From Chromatiaceae bacterium (GTDB lineage Bacteria; Pseudomonadota; Gammaproteobacteria; DTRM01), in the NCBI GenBank assembly GCA_012965975.1, contig DTRM01000031.1, forward strand, positions 1 to 39,446: 39,446 nt of DNA, in the 5' to 3' direction. Position 1 is the first letter of the stretch; the number at the start of each line of letters is the position of its first letter. Position numbers and translations under genes: made by a program. Under the pieces are notes generated by a model. That model saw nothing but the letters and a program-made list of their open reading frames with translations, was not told the DNA's origin and made no database searches. Below, one piece after another: positions 1-9,336 of this stretch.

Positions 1-1149
1 CGGCTGCGCGCAGAGCTGGAGGCAAGAAATACGCCGCTGCCTGACGACAGGAAGTTTCTGCGTCAGGTTCTGGAACGTCTGGTCATTGAACACATTCAAC
101 TGCAGCTGGCCGCCAGCACCGGCATCATCGTGGATGATGCCCGACTTGATGTCACGGTTGAAAAAATCGCCCGACAAAATGATTTCAGTATTCAGGAACT
201 TGCCGACCACGTGCGACAAGATGGTTTAAGTATGCTGCAATTTCGCGAGCAATTGCGTACCGAAATCACCATCAAGCAACTACGATCCCGGCACGTTGAA
301 AGTCGCATCAACGTCAGCGAACATGAGATCGATACAATGCTCACGCATGGAAGTAAAACCGGCGCGGATCCCAATGCCGAGTTCCAGTTGCTGCACATTC
401 TGATATCGGTACCGGAAGCCGCCTCATCCGATGAAATCCAGCAGGCCAAGGCACGCGCCACCGAAACCATAGAAAAACTCCGGGGTGGCGAGGACTTTCG
501 CCAAACCGCGATTGCCGTATCCGATGGCCGGCAAGCGCTGAACGGTGGCGATCTGGGCTGGCGCAAGCTGGGGCAGCTACCCACCATTTTCGTCGATGCG
601 GTTACCCAAATGTCGGTCGGTGATATCAGCGATCTGATCCGCAGCGCCAGTGGCTTTCATATTATCAAGGTTGAGGGCGGGCAGATCGAGGAGCGCAAGA
701 TAATCACACAGACACACGCGCGTCATATACTACTAAAAACCGATGCGCTTAATTCCGATCAGCGAGTTCGTGATCGGCTTGTCGATCTGCGCGAACGGGT
801 ATTGCAGGGAGAGGACTTCAATGTCCTGGCCAAGGCCAACTCTCAGGACACCGCATCGGCGATCGATGGCGGTGATCTCGACTGGATGGATCCCGGCAGC
901 TTTGTGCCGGCATTTGAGACCGAAATGAACGCGCTGGATATTGGCCAGATCAGCGCGCCGTTTCAGGCGCGCTTTGGTTGGCACATCGTGCAGGTACTGG
1001 ATCGACGTGATCATGACAGCACCGTTGAATTTAAACGGGCACAGGCGCGAAAACTGCTGCGTAAACGCAAATTGGATGAGGAGTTGAACCTGTGGCTACG
1101 CCGTCTCAGAGATGAGGCTTACGTCGAGTATCGTTCGGCGTCACGCTAG
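1..1149 (+). CDS. surA: Periplasmic chaperone/peptidyl-prolyl isomerase SurA (5'-truncated by the window)
   Basis: Frame open from base 1 (RLRAELEARN...RQVLERLVIEHIQLQLA); two parvulin domains (HILI...GGDLGW...SGFHII and HILL...GGDLDW...FGWHIV); precedes pdxA-rsmA. Confidence 0.95.
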   Translation, partial: RLRAELEARNTPLPDDRKFLRQVLERLVIEHIQLQLAASTGIIVDDARLDVTVEKIARQNDFSIQELADHVRQDGLSMLQFREQLRTEITIKQLRSRHVESRINVSEHEIDTMLTHGSKTGADPNAEFQLLHILISVPEAASSDEIQQAKARATETIEKLRGGEDFRQTAIAVSDGRQALNGGDLGWRKLGQLPTIFVDAVTQMSVGDISDLIRSASGFHIIKVEGGQIEERKIITQTHARHILLKTDALNSDQRVRDRLVDLRERVLQGEDFNVLAKANSQDTASAIDGGDLDWMDPGSFVPAFETEMNALDIGQISAPFQARFGWHIVQVLDRRDHDSTVEFKRAQARKLLRKRKLDEELNLWLRRLRDEAYVEYRSASR

Positions 1150-1159
1150 GGAGCCTCTG

Positions 1160-2155
1160 ATGTCTTCCCCCACTATTGTTCTCACGTCGGGAGAGCCCGC
1201 CGGGATCGGCCCGGATCTGTGTGTACAACTGGCGCAAAATCCGCCTGCCAACCTGCGCGTCGTGGTAATGGGCGATGCAACCGTGTTGCAAGATCGCGCA
1301 CAGCGTCTGTCCAAACCATTGATCCTGCGTCCCTATGACCTGCCGCATAACGATACCCCTCTTGCGCCCGGCGAACTCAATCACATCCAGATTGATACGC
1401 GCTGTGCGACCGAGTGCGGGCGCGAAACCCCCGACAATGCTGACTACGTACTGGACATGCTTCGCGCCGCGACGACTGGCTGTGTTGAAGGCAGGTTTGC
1501 AGCGATGGTTACTGGCCCCATCAACAAGGCCATAATCAACGATGCCGGCACCCACTTCAGTGGCCATACTGAGTTTCTGGCACAACTCACCCACGCTACA
1601 TCGGTGATGATGCTGGCAACGGACGACCTCCGGGTTGCTCTGGTCACCACCCATCTGCCGCTTAGCGCGGTAAGTGCGGCCATCACCAAAGAAACGCTTG
1701 CCGAGGTGATTGAAATCGTACACTCGTCACTGCAAACCCAATTTGGGATCGCATCGCCACACATTCTTGTCTGCGGACTCAATCCTCATGCCGGTGAAGG
1801 CGGCCATCTGGGTAGTGAAGAGATCACTACGATTTCACCGGTGATCGAGGCGCTGCGCGCACAGGGCATGAATCTGAGCGGGCCCCTACCGGCCGATACC
1901 GTATTTACAAAACACCGTCTGGCCGATGCCGATGCAGTCATCGCCATGTACCACGATCAGGGTCTGCCCGTACTCAAACACGCGGGCTTCGGGCGTTCGG
2001 TCAACGTGACGCTGGGCTTGCCGATTATACGAACCTCGGTTGATCATGGCACCGCATGCGACCTCGCCGGAACCGGCAAGGCCGATGCCGGTAGCCTCTA
2101 TCACGCGCTGGATATGGCCGCGCTGTTGAGTCGACACGGACAACATCATGGTTAA
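1160..2155 (+). CDS. pdxA: 4-hydroxythreonine-4-phosphate dehydrogenase
   Basis: GEPAGIGP, GHTEF, GLNPHAGEGG, AMYHDQGL, RTSVDHGTA motifs; ATG at 1160 preceded by GGGAG. Confidence 0.97.
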   Translation: MSSPTIVLTSGEPAGIGPDLCVQLAQNPPANLRVVVMGDATVLQDRAQRLSKPLILRPYDLPHNDTPLAPGELNHIQIDTRCATECGRETPDNADYVLDMLRAATTGCVEGRFAAMVTGPINKAIINDAGTHFSGHTEFLAQLTHATSVMMLATDDLRVALVTTHLPLSAVSAAITKETLAEVIEIVHSSLQTQFGIASPHILVCGLNPHAGEGGHLGSEEITTISPVIEALRAQGMNLSGPLPADTVFTKHRLADADAVIAMYHDQGLPVLKHAGFGRSVNVTLGLPIIRTSVDHGTACDLAGTGKADAGSLYHALDMAALLSRHGQHHG

Positions 2156-2918
2156 GGCGCGCAAACGATTCGGACAAAATTTTCTGCATGACCCTCGGAT
2201 CATACATAACATCGTCACCCATATTGGCCCACGTAAAGGTGAAACGATTATTGAAATCGGCCCCGGGCACGGCGCGTTAACCGGCCCGCTGTTGGACTAC
2301 GGCGCGCAGGTTGAGGCGATTGAACTCGACCGGGATCTTATTGAGCCGCTGAAAGCACGCTTTGCCGACCGACCATTCAAGATACATAATGCGGATGCAC
2401 TGACCTTTGACTATCACAGCCTGCGCGGCGATGCCCCGCTGCGGATAGTGGGCAACCTGCCCTATAACATCTCGACACCACTGTTGTTTCACCTGTTTTC
2501 CTATAGCCATGATCTGGGTGATTTGCATGTCATGTTACAAAAGGAAGTCGCGCACCGGATTGCTGCCGAGCCAGGCAGTGGCCGCTATGGTCGCCTGTCG
2601 GTCATGGCTCAAGTCCTGTGCCAGGTCGACCTGCTATTTGAAGTAGGCCCTGAATCATTTAAACCCGCACCCAAGGTTGAGTCGGCCGTCGTGCGTATGA
2701 CACCGCACCAAAGCCCACCCGTCGATATCACCTCGATAGATCAGTTTTCAAAACTGGTCGCACAGGCCTTTTCACAGCGGCGCAAGACCCTGCGAAACTC
2801 ACTCAAGACGGTAATGGACGGCGACACCATTGCCTCACTGGATATCGATCCGGTGCGACGCGCGGAGACCCTGTCACTCGAGGAGTTTGCCCGCCTCGCC
2901 AATCACCTTACCCCGTAG
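2148..2918 (+). CDS. rsmA: 16S rRNA dimethyladenosine transferase (KsgA)
   Basis: RKRFGQNFL, EIGPGHGALT, GNLPYNIST, QRRKTLRN; overlaps the pdxA stop. Confidence 0.97.
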   Translation: MVKARKRFGQNFLHDPRIIHNIVTHIGPRKGETIIEIGPGHGALTGPLLDYGAQVEAIELDRDLIEPLKARFADRPFKIHNADALTFDYHSLRGDAPLRIVGNLPYNISTPLLFHLFSYSHDLGDLHVMLQKEVAHRIAAEPGSGRYGRLSVMAQVLCQVDLLFEVGPESFKPAPKVESAVVRMTPHQSPPVDITSIDQFSKLVAQAFSQRRKTLRNSLKTVMDGDTIASLDIDPVRRAETLSLEEFARLANHLTP

Positions 2919-4026
2919 CAGCGAGCAATACTTCACAAACGCGATCGACCTGTGCCTCGGTCATGTCGGGAAAGATGGGTAGCGACAAGCTCACTAAAGA
3001 ACACGCCTCGGTAACCGGGAGATCGCCTGGCTTGTACGCTAACGACTCATACACCTCCTGCAGATGTAAGCCGAGCGGATAACACAGGCTCGAGCCAATC
3101 TTCTGCTCGTTCAATCGTGCCCTTGCCGCATCACGCCCTTGCATCCGAATCGTGTACAAATTAAAGGCGTGGAGACCATTGCCCGGTCGTGCGGGCGTGA
3201 TCACATCGCGGTCAGCCAACTGCGCATCATAGCGATCCGCGATACGATTACGCGCAGAAATAGCCTCGTCGATGACCCGCAACTTGATTCTGAGCAAGGC
3301 CGCCTGGATTTCATCCAAACGACTGTTGCAACCGAACTCGACGTGCATGAACGGCGCGCTGGCACCATGATTGCGTAAGCGTCGAATATGTTCTGCAAGC
3401 GCATCGTCATTGGTGGTGATCAATCCGCCATCACCGTAGCACCCCAGCACCTTGGTGGGATAAAAACTGAAACAACCGGTCGCGCCATGACTGCCCACAC
3501 ACGCGCCGTCGTGCCGTGCGCCAAACGCCTGCGCAGCATCTTCGACCACGGCCAGTTTGTGGGTCTCTGCCAACGCGTTCAGCGACGTCATGTCCGCCGG
3601 ATGACCGAACAGATGCACCGGCATGATGGCTCGGGTCTTGCTGGTAATGCGGCTTTCCACTGACACGGGGTCGAGATTAAAACTGACGGCATCAATGTCT
3701 GCAAACACCGGCGTGGCACCGACCAGCGAGATCGACTCGGCAGTGGCAAAAAACGTATACGGCGTTGTGATCACTTCATCGCCGGGGCCAACGCCTAACA
3801 CACGCAGTGACAACACCAGTGCATCGGTGCCATTGGCGACCGATACCGCATGACGAGTCCCGACATAAGCGGCCGCTTCTTCCTCGAACGCAGACACATT
3901 CGGACCGAGAATCCATTGACCTTTACTGCCAGAGACATCGGCGAGCGCAAACCACTCGTCGCGTAAAGCAGAAAACTCCTGCGATAAATCCAGATACGGC
4001 ACGCCTTGTATAGATGCCTCACTCAC
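2908..4026 (-). CDS. DegT/DnrJ/EryC1/StrS-family sugar aminotransferase (GnnB/WbpE-like)
   Basis: NGTDAL, EDAAQA, FSFYPTKVLGCYGDGG (PLP lysine), NSRLDEIQAA; ATGA-coupled to the upstream dehydrogenase. Confidence 0.9.
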   Translation of the reverse strand: MSEASIQGVPYLDLSQEFSALRDEWFALADVSGSKGQWILGPNVSAFEEEAAAYVGTRHAVSVANGTDALVLSLRVLGVGPGDEVITTPYTFFATAESISLVGATPVFADIDAVSFNLDPVSVESRITSKTRAIMPVHLFGHPADMTSLNALAETHKLAVVEDAAQAFGARHDGACVGSHGATGCFSFYPTKVLGCYGDGGLITTNDDALAEHIRRLRNHGASAPFMHVEFGCNSRLDEIQAALLRIKLRVIDEAISARNRIADRYDAQLADRDVITPARPGNGLHAFNLYTIRMQGRDAARARLNEQKIGSSLCYPLGLHLQEVYESLAYKPGDLPVTEACSLVSLSLPIFPDMTEAQVDRVCEVLLAATG

Positions 4027-4958
4027 TTCGCAATTTCCTCTTTGACACGCATCGCGACCGCCAGTGCCTGCAGTGCCACATGACCATCCACCAAGGGCGA
4101 ATTGCCATTTATAACCGAATCGAGAAACGCCTCAAGCTCCTTGTCCAGTGGCATCTCAGCATCGACGGCAATCTTGTCATGCTCAACCTCAGGCCACTCG
4201 CCATCATCCGCGGGCACCGCTTTAAGCGATTCGATCTGTTGATCAACGAAATTCAAGGCCTCGTAACGATTGTCACCGAACACACGAATGCGACGAAACT
4301 TTTGGTCAGAAACACGACTTGCCGTGATATTGGCAACCGCGCCATTTTCAAACTCAATGCGTGCATTCGCAATATCCGCATGACGGGTAAGCACTGGAAT
4401 GCCTATCGCGGATACCGACTTCACCGGACTATCAATCAATGACAGCGCGATATCGATATCGTGAATCATCAAATCAGTAACCACATCAACATCCGTTGCC
4501 CGTGCAACAAACGGGCTCATTCGGTGCGCCTCAATAAAACGCGGATTGACCGAACGCTCGGCAAGCATTTTAACCCCGGCATTAAAACGTTCCAGATGTC
4601 CGACCTGAAATACAACACCGGCGGCCTCTGCTCGTGCAACCAACGCAGCGGACTCCTCATAGCCCGGTGCAATCGGTTTCTCCATCAAGATATGTATCCC
4701 GGCATCGATGAAGGGTTCCGCGACTTCGCAATGCAAACTGGTCGGCACCACGATACTAACGGCATCAACCCGCTCAATTAACGACTCAGCAGATGCAAAA
4801 ACCTCGCAGCCACAATCATCCGCCACCGTCCGCGCGGTGTCTGCGTCGACATCCACAACGCCCACGAGCTCGGCGGCCTCAAGCCGGGAATAGATCTGCG
4901 CATGAAAACGGCCGAGATAGCCAACTCCGACAACCCCAACCCGAACCGTGTCCCGCAT
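4023..4958 (-). CDS. Gfo/Idh/MocA-family NAD-dependent oxidoreductase (GnnA-like nucleotide-sugar 3-dehydrogenase)
   Basis: GVVGVGYLG Rossmann motif, EKP, GHLERFN, DVVTDLMIHDID, ANITASRVS. Confidence 0.88.
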   Translation of the reverse strand: MRDTVRVGVVGVGYLGRFHAQIYSRLEAAELVGVVDVDADTARTVADDCGCEVFASAESLIERVDAVSIVVPTSLHCEVAEPFIDAGIHILMEKPIAPGYEESAALVARAEAAGVVFQVGHLERFNAGVKMLAERSVNPRFIEAHRMSPFVARATDVDVVTDLMIHDIDIALSLIDSPVKSVSAIGIPVLTRHADIANARIEFENGAVANITASRVSDQKFRRIRVFGDNRYEALNFVDQQIESLKAVPADDGEWPEVEHDKIAVDAEMPLDKELEAFLDSVINGNSPLVDGHVALQALAVAMRVKEEIAK

Positions 4959-5072
4959 GGTTTTTCCTATCTGATTGATTAACTAGTGAAATGTACCAGA
5001 TTAGGGGGGTAAACTCATGTTGAAAGGCGAAACTGCCGATACGCTAGATATTCACCCCAAGCGATAATCACC

Positions 5073-5846
5073 ATGACTGAATACAGAAAAATTCAAATTC
5101 TTACTGATGCCGATCAGGTCAGCCGCGTAGCGGCCGAACAGTTCGTTGAACTGGCAAGACGGGCCCATGCCGAAGACCGTGATTTCTTTGTCGCGTTATC
5201 CGGAGGCTCAACCCCAAAACGGATGTATGAGTATCTGGCAGAGGCCGACTCGCGTGACGCCGTCAACTGGGAGCGTGTGCAAATCTTCTGGGGGGATGAG
5301 CGTTATGTGGATGCCGACCACGCCGACAGCAATCAACGCATGACCCGTGAGGCGTGGCTTGATCATATTTCCATCCCAAAAGAGAATATTCACCCCATTA
5401 CCAATCAGGCTAATTCACCTGAGGTCGATGCCGCTGACTATGCCAACACTATCCAGGCGCTGGTGCCGACCAATAGATTCGATTTACCAGAATTTGATTT
5501 GGTTCTACTCGGGCTCGGATCCGATGGCCATACGGCCTCTTTGTTTCCGGGAACCGATGCCGTCGATGAGACCGAGAAATTTGTGACGTATGCCGCCCCC
5601 GAAGGTCAAAACAGCCCCCGCATCAGCATCACCTTTCCGGTGATCAACGCGGCGCGTCGTATCATTCTTTTGGTCGCTGGCGACAACAAGAAACAAGTGG
5701 TCAAACGTACCTTGATGGGAAGCAAACAGGAGCAATCGTTACCAATAGATAAACTGCGCCCCAGTGGGGAACTACTGTGGTTGCTGGATACCAGTGCGGG
5801 CTCGGGATTAAGCGATACGGTGGGTACCAACGCGGCCTCGTTTTAA
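5073..5846 (+). CDS. pgl: 6-phosphogluconolactonase
   Basis: ALSGGSTP, FWGDERYV, DSN, LGLGSDGHTASLFP motifs. Confidence 0.95.
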   Translation: MTEYRKIQILTDADQVSRVAAEQFVELARRAHAEDRDFFVALSGGSTPKRMYEYLAEADSRDAVNWERVQIFWGDERYVDADHADSNQRMTREAWLDHISIPKENIHPITNQANSPEVDAADYANTIQALVPTNRFDLPEFDLVLLGLGSDGHTASLFPGTDAVDETEKFVTYAAPEGQNSPRISITFPVINAARRIILLVAGDNKKQVVKRTLMGSKQEQSLPIDKLRPSGELLWLLDTSAGSGLSDTVGTNAASF

Positions 5847-6070
5847 CCCCAACCTGTATTGTTTTCTATCCAACGAAAACACAGGCCATACCATAGTGTC
5901 ATCGACACCATCATCGCGAGCCAACTCCAATCCTCAAGATAGTAAGAGACCGGCAAGCACACCACGGTCGCCAATACCGCCAGCATGACCAGCGTCCGCG
6001 CACCTTTGCGCGTTTCTATATTCATCAACCCGAGAAAAACCCAAAGTGGCATATCCTTGGTGCGTTCCAT
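5843..6070 (-). CDS. Small hypothetical membrane protein
   Basis: 75 aa with two hydrophobic segments; fills the gap between pgl and the ankyrin gene; AGGAG upstream of the start. Confidence 0.7.
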   Translation of the reverse strand: MERTKDMPLWVFLGLMNIETRKGARTLVMLAVLATVVCLPVSYYLEDWSWLAMMVSMTLWYGLCFRWIENNTGWG

Positions 6071-6111
6071 GATTCAGTATCTCCTGTTACTCCAACTACG
6101 CCATAGCCACG

Positions 6112-6588
6112 CTACTGGGCAGGCTCCTCGGCAGCTACTTCCACGGCACCCGCATCTTCCAATATCTTCACTATCGCCTCGTTACCGGCTCGGGTAGCGC
6201 GCGACAACGCAGTATTATTGTTGTTGTCCTTGGCGTTCACATCGGCGCCAGTAGTAATCAATATCGACACCACCGAGGCATGACCAAATGCAGCGGCATC
6301 CATCAGCGCAGTCGCGCCGTTGTCATCCGCCAGATTGACATCGGCGCCGGCCGCCAACAAGCGCTTAAGCACGCCGGTGTTACCAAAAAATGCTGCCGCC
6401 ATCAATGCGGTGCGCCCCCGTGGGGCCTTGGCATTGGCGTCCACGCCCGACCCTAGCAGGGAATCAACCTTGGTCAGACGCCCATTTCCGGCCGCAGAAA
6501 CCAGATCGTTCGCTGAATCCAGCGCACTGACCGCCAGCGGCAACGTAAATATCGCTAAAATAACGAGTGAAATCGCGCGTTTTATCAA
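6112..6588 (-). CDS. Secreted ankyrin-repeat protein
   Basis: Signal-peptide-like N-terminus ending AVSA; about four repeats of G-x-TALMxAA...GH...LL..GADVN. Confidence 0.9.
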   Translation of the reverse strand: MIKRAISLVILAIFTLPLAVSALDSANDLVSAAGNGRLTKVDSLLGSGVDANAKAPRGRTALMAAAFFGNTGVLKRLLAAGADVNLADDNGATALMDAAAFGHASVVSILITTGADVNAKDNNNNTALSRATRAGNEAIVKILEDAGAVEVAAEEPAQ

Positions 6589-6715
6589 CTTTTTCCCCGG
6601 TTTTTTATGATCCGAAGCACAGGATAGCGAGATAAGAGCTATTGTACAGCCCCCTTTTGGCCATAATTTCGTCCTACACTTGCTTTGGCGCGGAGATTTC
6701 AGGGAAACTATGCGT

Positions 6716-7099
6716 ATGAGTACTGAAAGCCCCTATAACATCGAAGTCGAAGTCGACATCAATTACATTGAAGCCCAGTCTGTGCCTGATGCCCAGCGGT
6801 TCGTCTTTGCCTATACCATAACCATCCACAACAGCGGTTCAATAGCCGCGCGTCTGCTAACCCGTCATTGGGTCATCACCGACTCCAACGACAAGGTTCA
6901 GGAGGTCCGCGGTGACGGCGTTGTCGGCGAAACCCCCCATCTAAACCCCGGGGAGTCGTTTCGTTACACCAGCGGCACCATTCTGGAAACCCCGGTGGGT
7001 CGCATGGAAGGCAGTTATCAGATGGAAGCAGATGATGGTGTAACGTTTGATGCTGAAATCATGCCGTTTTCACTGGCCATTCCTCGCACACTGCACTAG
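6716..7099 (+). CDS. apaG: ApaG protein
   Basis: FVFAYTITI, LLTRHWVITD, VRGDGVVGE, YTSG; directly upstream of apaH. Start may be 6710. Confidence 0.95.
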   Translation: MSTESPYNIEVEVDINYIEAQSVPDAQRFVFAYTITIHNSGSIAARLLTRHWVITDSNDKVQEVRGDGVVGETPHLNPGESFRYTSGTILETPVGRMEGSYQMEADDGVTFDAEIMPFSLAIPRTLH

Positions 7100-7133
7100 C
7101 CAGAATGATTCGTGAATAGGCCGGGCTAACGGT

Positions 7134-7967
7134 GTGAGCGTCTATGCGGTCGGTGACATTCAAGGCTGTCACCCACAACTTCAACGACTGCTGGACAAAC
7201 TTCACTTCGATCCCGCGGCTGACCAACTCTGGGTGGTTGGCGATCTGGTCAATCGTGGCCCTGATTCACTGGCAGTACTGCGCTTCATACGTTCGCTCGG
7301 CGATTCGGTTCGCTGCGTGCTCGGCAATCACGACCTTCATCTCCACGCCGTCGCGTTGGGACACCGGCAACACTGTCACCGTAACGACACCATTGATGAG
7401 ATCCTGACCGCACCGGATCGCGACGAGTTATTGCATTGGCTGCGTCAGCAACCGATGATGCACTCCGATGATTCTATCGGCTATCACATGATTCACGCGG
7501 GTCTGCCACCGCAGTGGGACAAGCAGCAGGCAATGAGCTGCGCCCGCGAAGTCGAACAGGCCTTACGCGCAGACAACTACGCGGACTATTTTAGCGGCAT
7601 GTATGGAAATGATCCTGTTCGGTGGTCTAACGATCTATCGGGGATGCGGCGACTGCGATTTATTACCAATTGTTTTACCCGGCTGCGCTATTGCACTCAC
7701 GACGGCGAACTGGATCTGGAAGAAAAAGGTGCGCCCGGCACACAAAAGGCAGGCAGCGTGCCCTGGTTCGAAGTACCTGATCGACGCAGCGCGGACATGG
7801 ATATTGTCTTTGGCCACTGGTCGACATTAGGCTTTCGTAACGAACACGGAGTGGTTGCGCTTGATACCGGTTGTCTATGGGGTGGCTCGCTAACCGCCGT
7901 CAAGCTGGATAACACACGACACCGCGTGTCCATCGACTGTCCCGGCGCACAGTCCCCCGATCTGTAG
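7134..7967 (+). CDS. apaH: Symmetrical bis(5'-nucleosyl)-tetraphosphatase
   Basis: GDIQGC, GDLVNRGPDS, LGNHD, FGHW, LDTGCLWGG metallophosphoesterase motifs. Confidence 0.97.
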   Translation: MSVYAVGDIQGCHPQLQRLLDKLHFDPAADQLWVVGDLVNRGPDSLAVLRFIRSLGDSVRCVLGNHDLHLHAVALGHRQHCHRNDTIDEILTAPDRDELLHWLRQQPMMHSDDSIGYHMIHAGLPPQWDKQQAMSCAREVEQALRADNYADYFSGMYGNDPVRWSNDLSGMRRLRFITNCFTRLRYCTHDGELDLEEKGAPGTQKAGSVPWFEVPDRRSADMDIVFGHWSTLGFRNEHGVVALDTGCLWGGSLTAVKLDNTRHRVSIDCPGAQSPDL

Positions 7968-7968
7968 T

Positions 7969-8484
7969 CTAATCTGTAGGAGCGGGGTAAGGCCCAACAT
8001 TGATGCCGATCGACAGGCGCAGATGGTCGCTGTTATTTCGCGTCACTTCGTGCTCACAGGTCGGATCAAAACAAACCAGCAGGCCAGCGACCGGTTCAAT
8101 CACAAGCGGGGACGCCTCCGTATACAGTAGTAGGTTCCCCGAATCTTCTGGGACGCACAGATAATATACCGCGGACAACAACTCATCATCGTCATCATGG
8201 CGATGACGCGTGGTGGTATGCCCTAGGCCCATGGCGTTGAACCAGAAACCGGCCTGTAACTTGTCCGTTGGCACACCTGTTTGATCTGCGGCACGGGCAA
8301 TCACCCGATCCAGAATCTGCGATACCTCCGGAATTCGGTGTTTCGAAATATAGGTATTTTCATAACGGCCCAAAAAATAATGGGTCTTGCGGGTATCAAC
8401 GTCATCACATAACTGCTGATAACGACGCAGCAATGATCGATTGAGGCCATCGAGACCGGCCAATACTTCCTGCTGGACGATCAG
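7969..8484 (-). CDS. Putative 2-oxoglutarate/Fe(II)-dependent oxygenase
   Basis: WFN..., HRHDD, LSAVYY, HEV, RLSIGIN resemble the double-stranded beta-helix 2OG oxygenase pattern. Start uncertain: TTG 8463 or CTG 8484. Confidence 0.75.
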   Translation of the reverse strand: MIVQQEVLAGLDGLNRSLLRRYQQLCDDVDTRKTHYFLGRYENTYISKHRIPEVSQILDRVIARAADQTGVPTDKLQAGFWFNAMGLGHTTTRHRHDDDDELLSAVYYLCVPEDSGNLLLYTEASPLVIEPVAGLLVCFDPTCEHEVTRNNSDHLRLSIGINVGPYPAPTD

Positions 8485-8849
8485 GCCTGATCCTCCAGCA
8501 GTACCGTATCGTCATGCGAATACGCCGGCGAACAACAACACAGTATTTTGAGTGTCTCATTTCCGGTATTTTGAATTCGATGCGCCGTACCCGGACGAAT
8601 GCAGATCGTATCGCCCACCACAACCTCAAAGACATCATCGGCCAACGTCATCTGACCAATACCTTGAGTGATGAAATAGAGTTCTTCACTCTCTAAATGC
8701 CGATGCAGCATCGTTTCAACACCAACCGGCACTTCGGCCTCCGCCAGGCTTTGTGCGACGTTCCCCTGCACGTTCGGATGCATCAGTTCACGAATGGTTG
8801 AACCATCCCGCGTCACGTAGGGTTCGATTTGGGATAGCGTTGACTTCAT
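8481..8849 (-). CDS. Cupin-domain protein
   Basis: HRHLESEELY and PGTAHRI metal-binding cupin motifs; C-terminal CCCSPAYSHDDT; ATGA overlap with folA. Confidence 0.9.
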   Translation of the reverse strand: MKSTLSQIEPYVTRDGSTIRELMHPNVQGNVAQSLAEAEVPVGVETMLHRHLESEELYFITQGIGQMTLADDVFEVVVGDTICIRPGTAHRIQNTGNETLKILCCCSPAYSHDDTVLLEDQA

Positions 8850-9331
8850 ACCAACTTCTCATACAGGAGAAAGCTGTGACCGACGGGATTGACATCATCG
8901 GCCGAAAAATATTCTTTCGAAACCAAACGCCAATCGTCACTCTCATACTCCGGAAACCACGCATCCCCCTCATACTGCCCATGAATTCGGGTTATATACA
9001 GGCGACCGGCACGCGAAATCATTTGTTCATAAAACGATGCGCCGCCCATTACCATCACTTCCTCTGCATCCACTGACGCCAACGCCTCCTCGATGGAATG
9101 CGCGACGACACAGCCATCCACATGCCAATTTTTATCGCGCGTAATCACCACGTTGGTTCGACCCGGCAACGGTCTGCCAATCGAATCGTAGGTTTTTCTG
9201 CCCATTAAAATCGGCTTGCCCATGGTCATCGCCTTGAAGTGTTGCAGATCGGCAGGCAAATGCCAGGGCAATGCATTGTTGGCACCAATGAGGCGATTCT
9301 CATCCATCGCGGCGATTAACGAGATCAACAT
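8846..9331 (-). CDS. folA: Dihydrofolate reductase
   Basis: LPWHLPADL, MGRKT, RPLPGR, GGA, GDAWFP. Confidence 0.97.
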   Translation of the reverse strand: MLISLIAAMDENRLIGANNALPWHLPADLQHFKAMTMGKPILMGRKTYDSIGRPLPGRTNVVITRDKNWHVDGCVVAHSIEEALASVDAEEVMVMGGASFYEQMISRAGRLYITRIHGQYEGDAWFPEYESDDWRLVSKEYFSADDVNPVGHSFLLYEKLV

Positions 9332-9336
9332 ACGAT

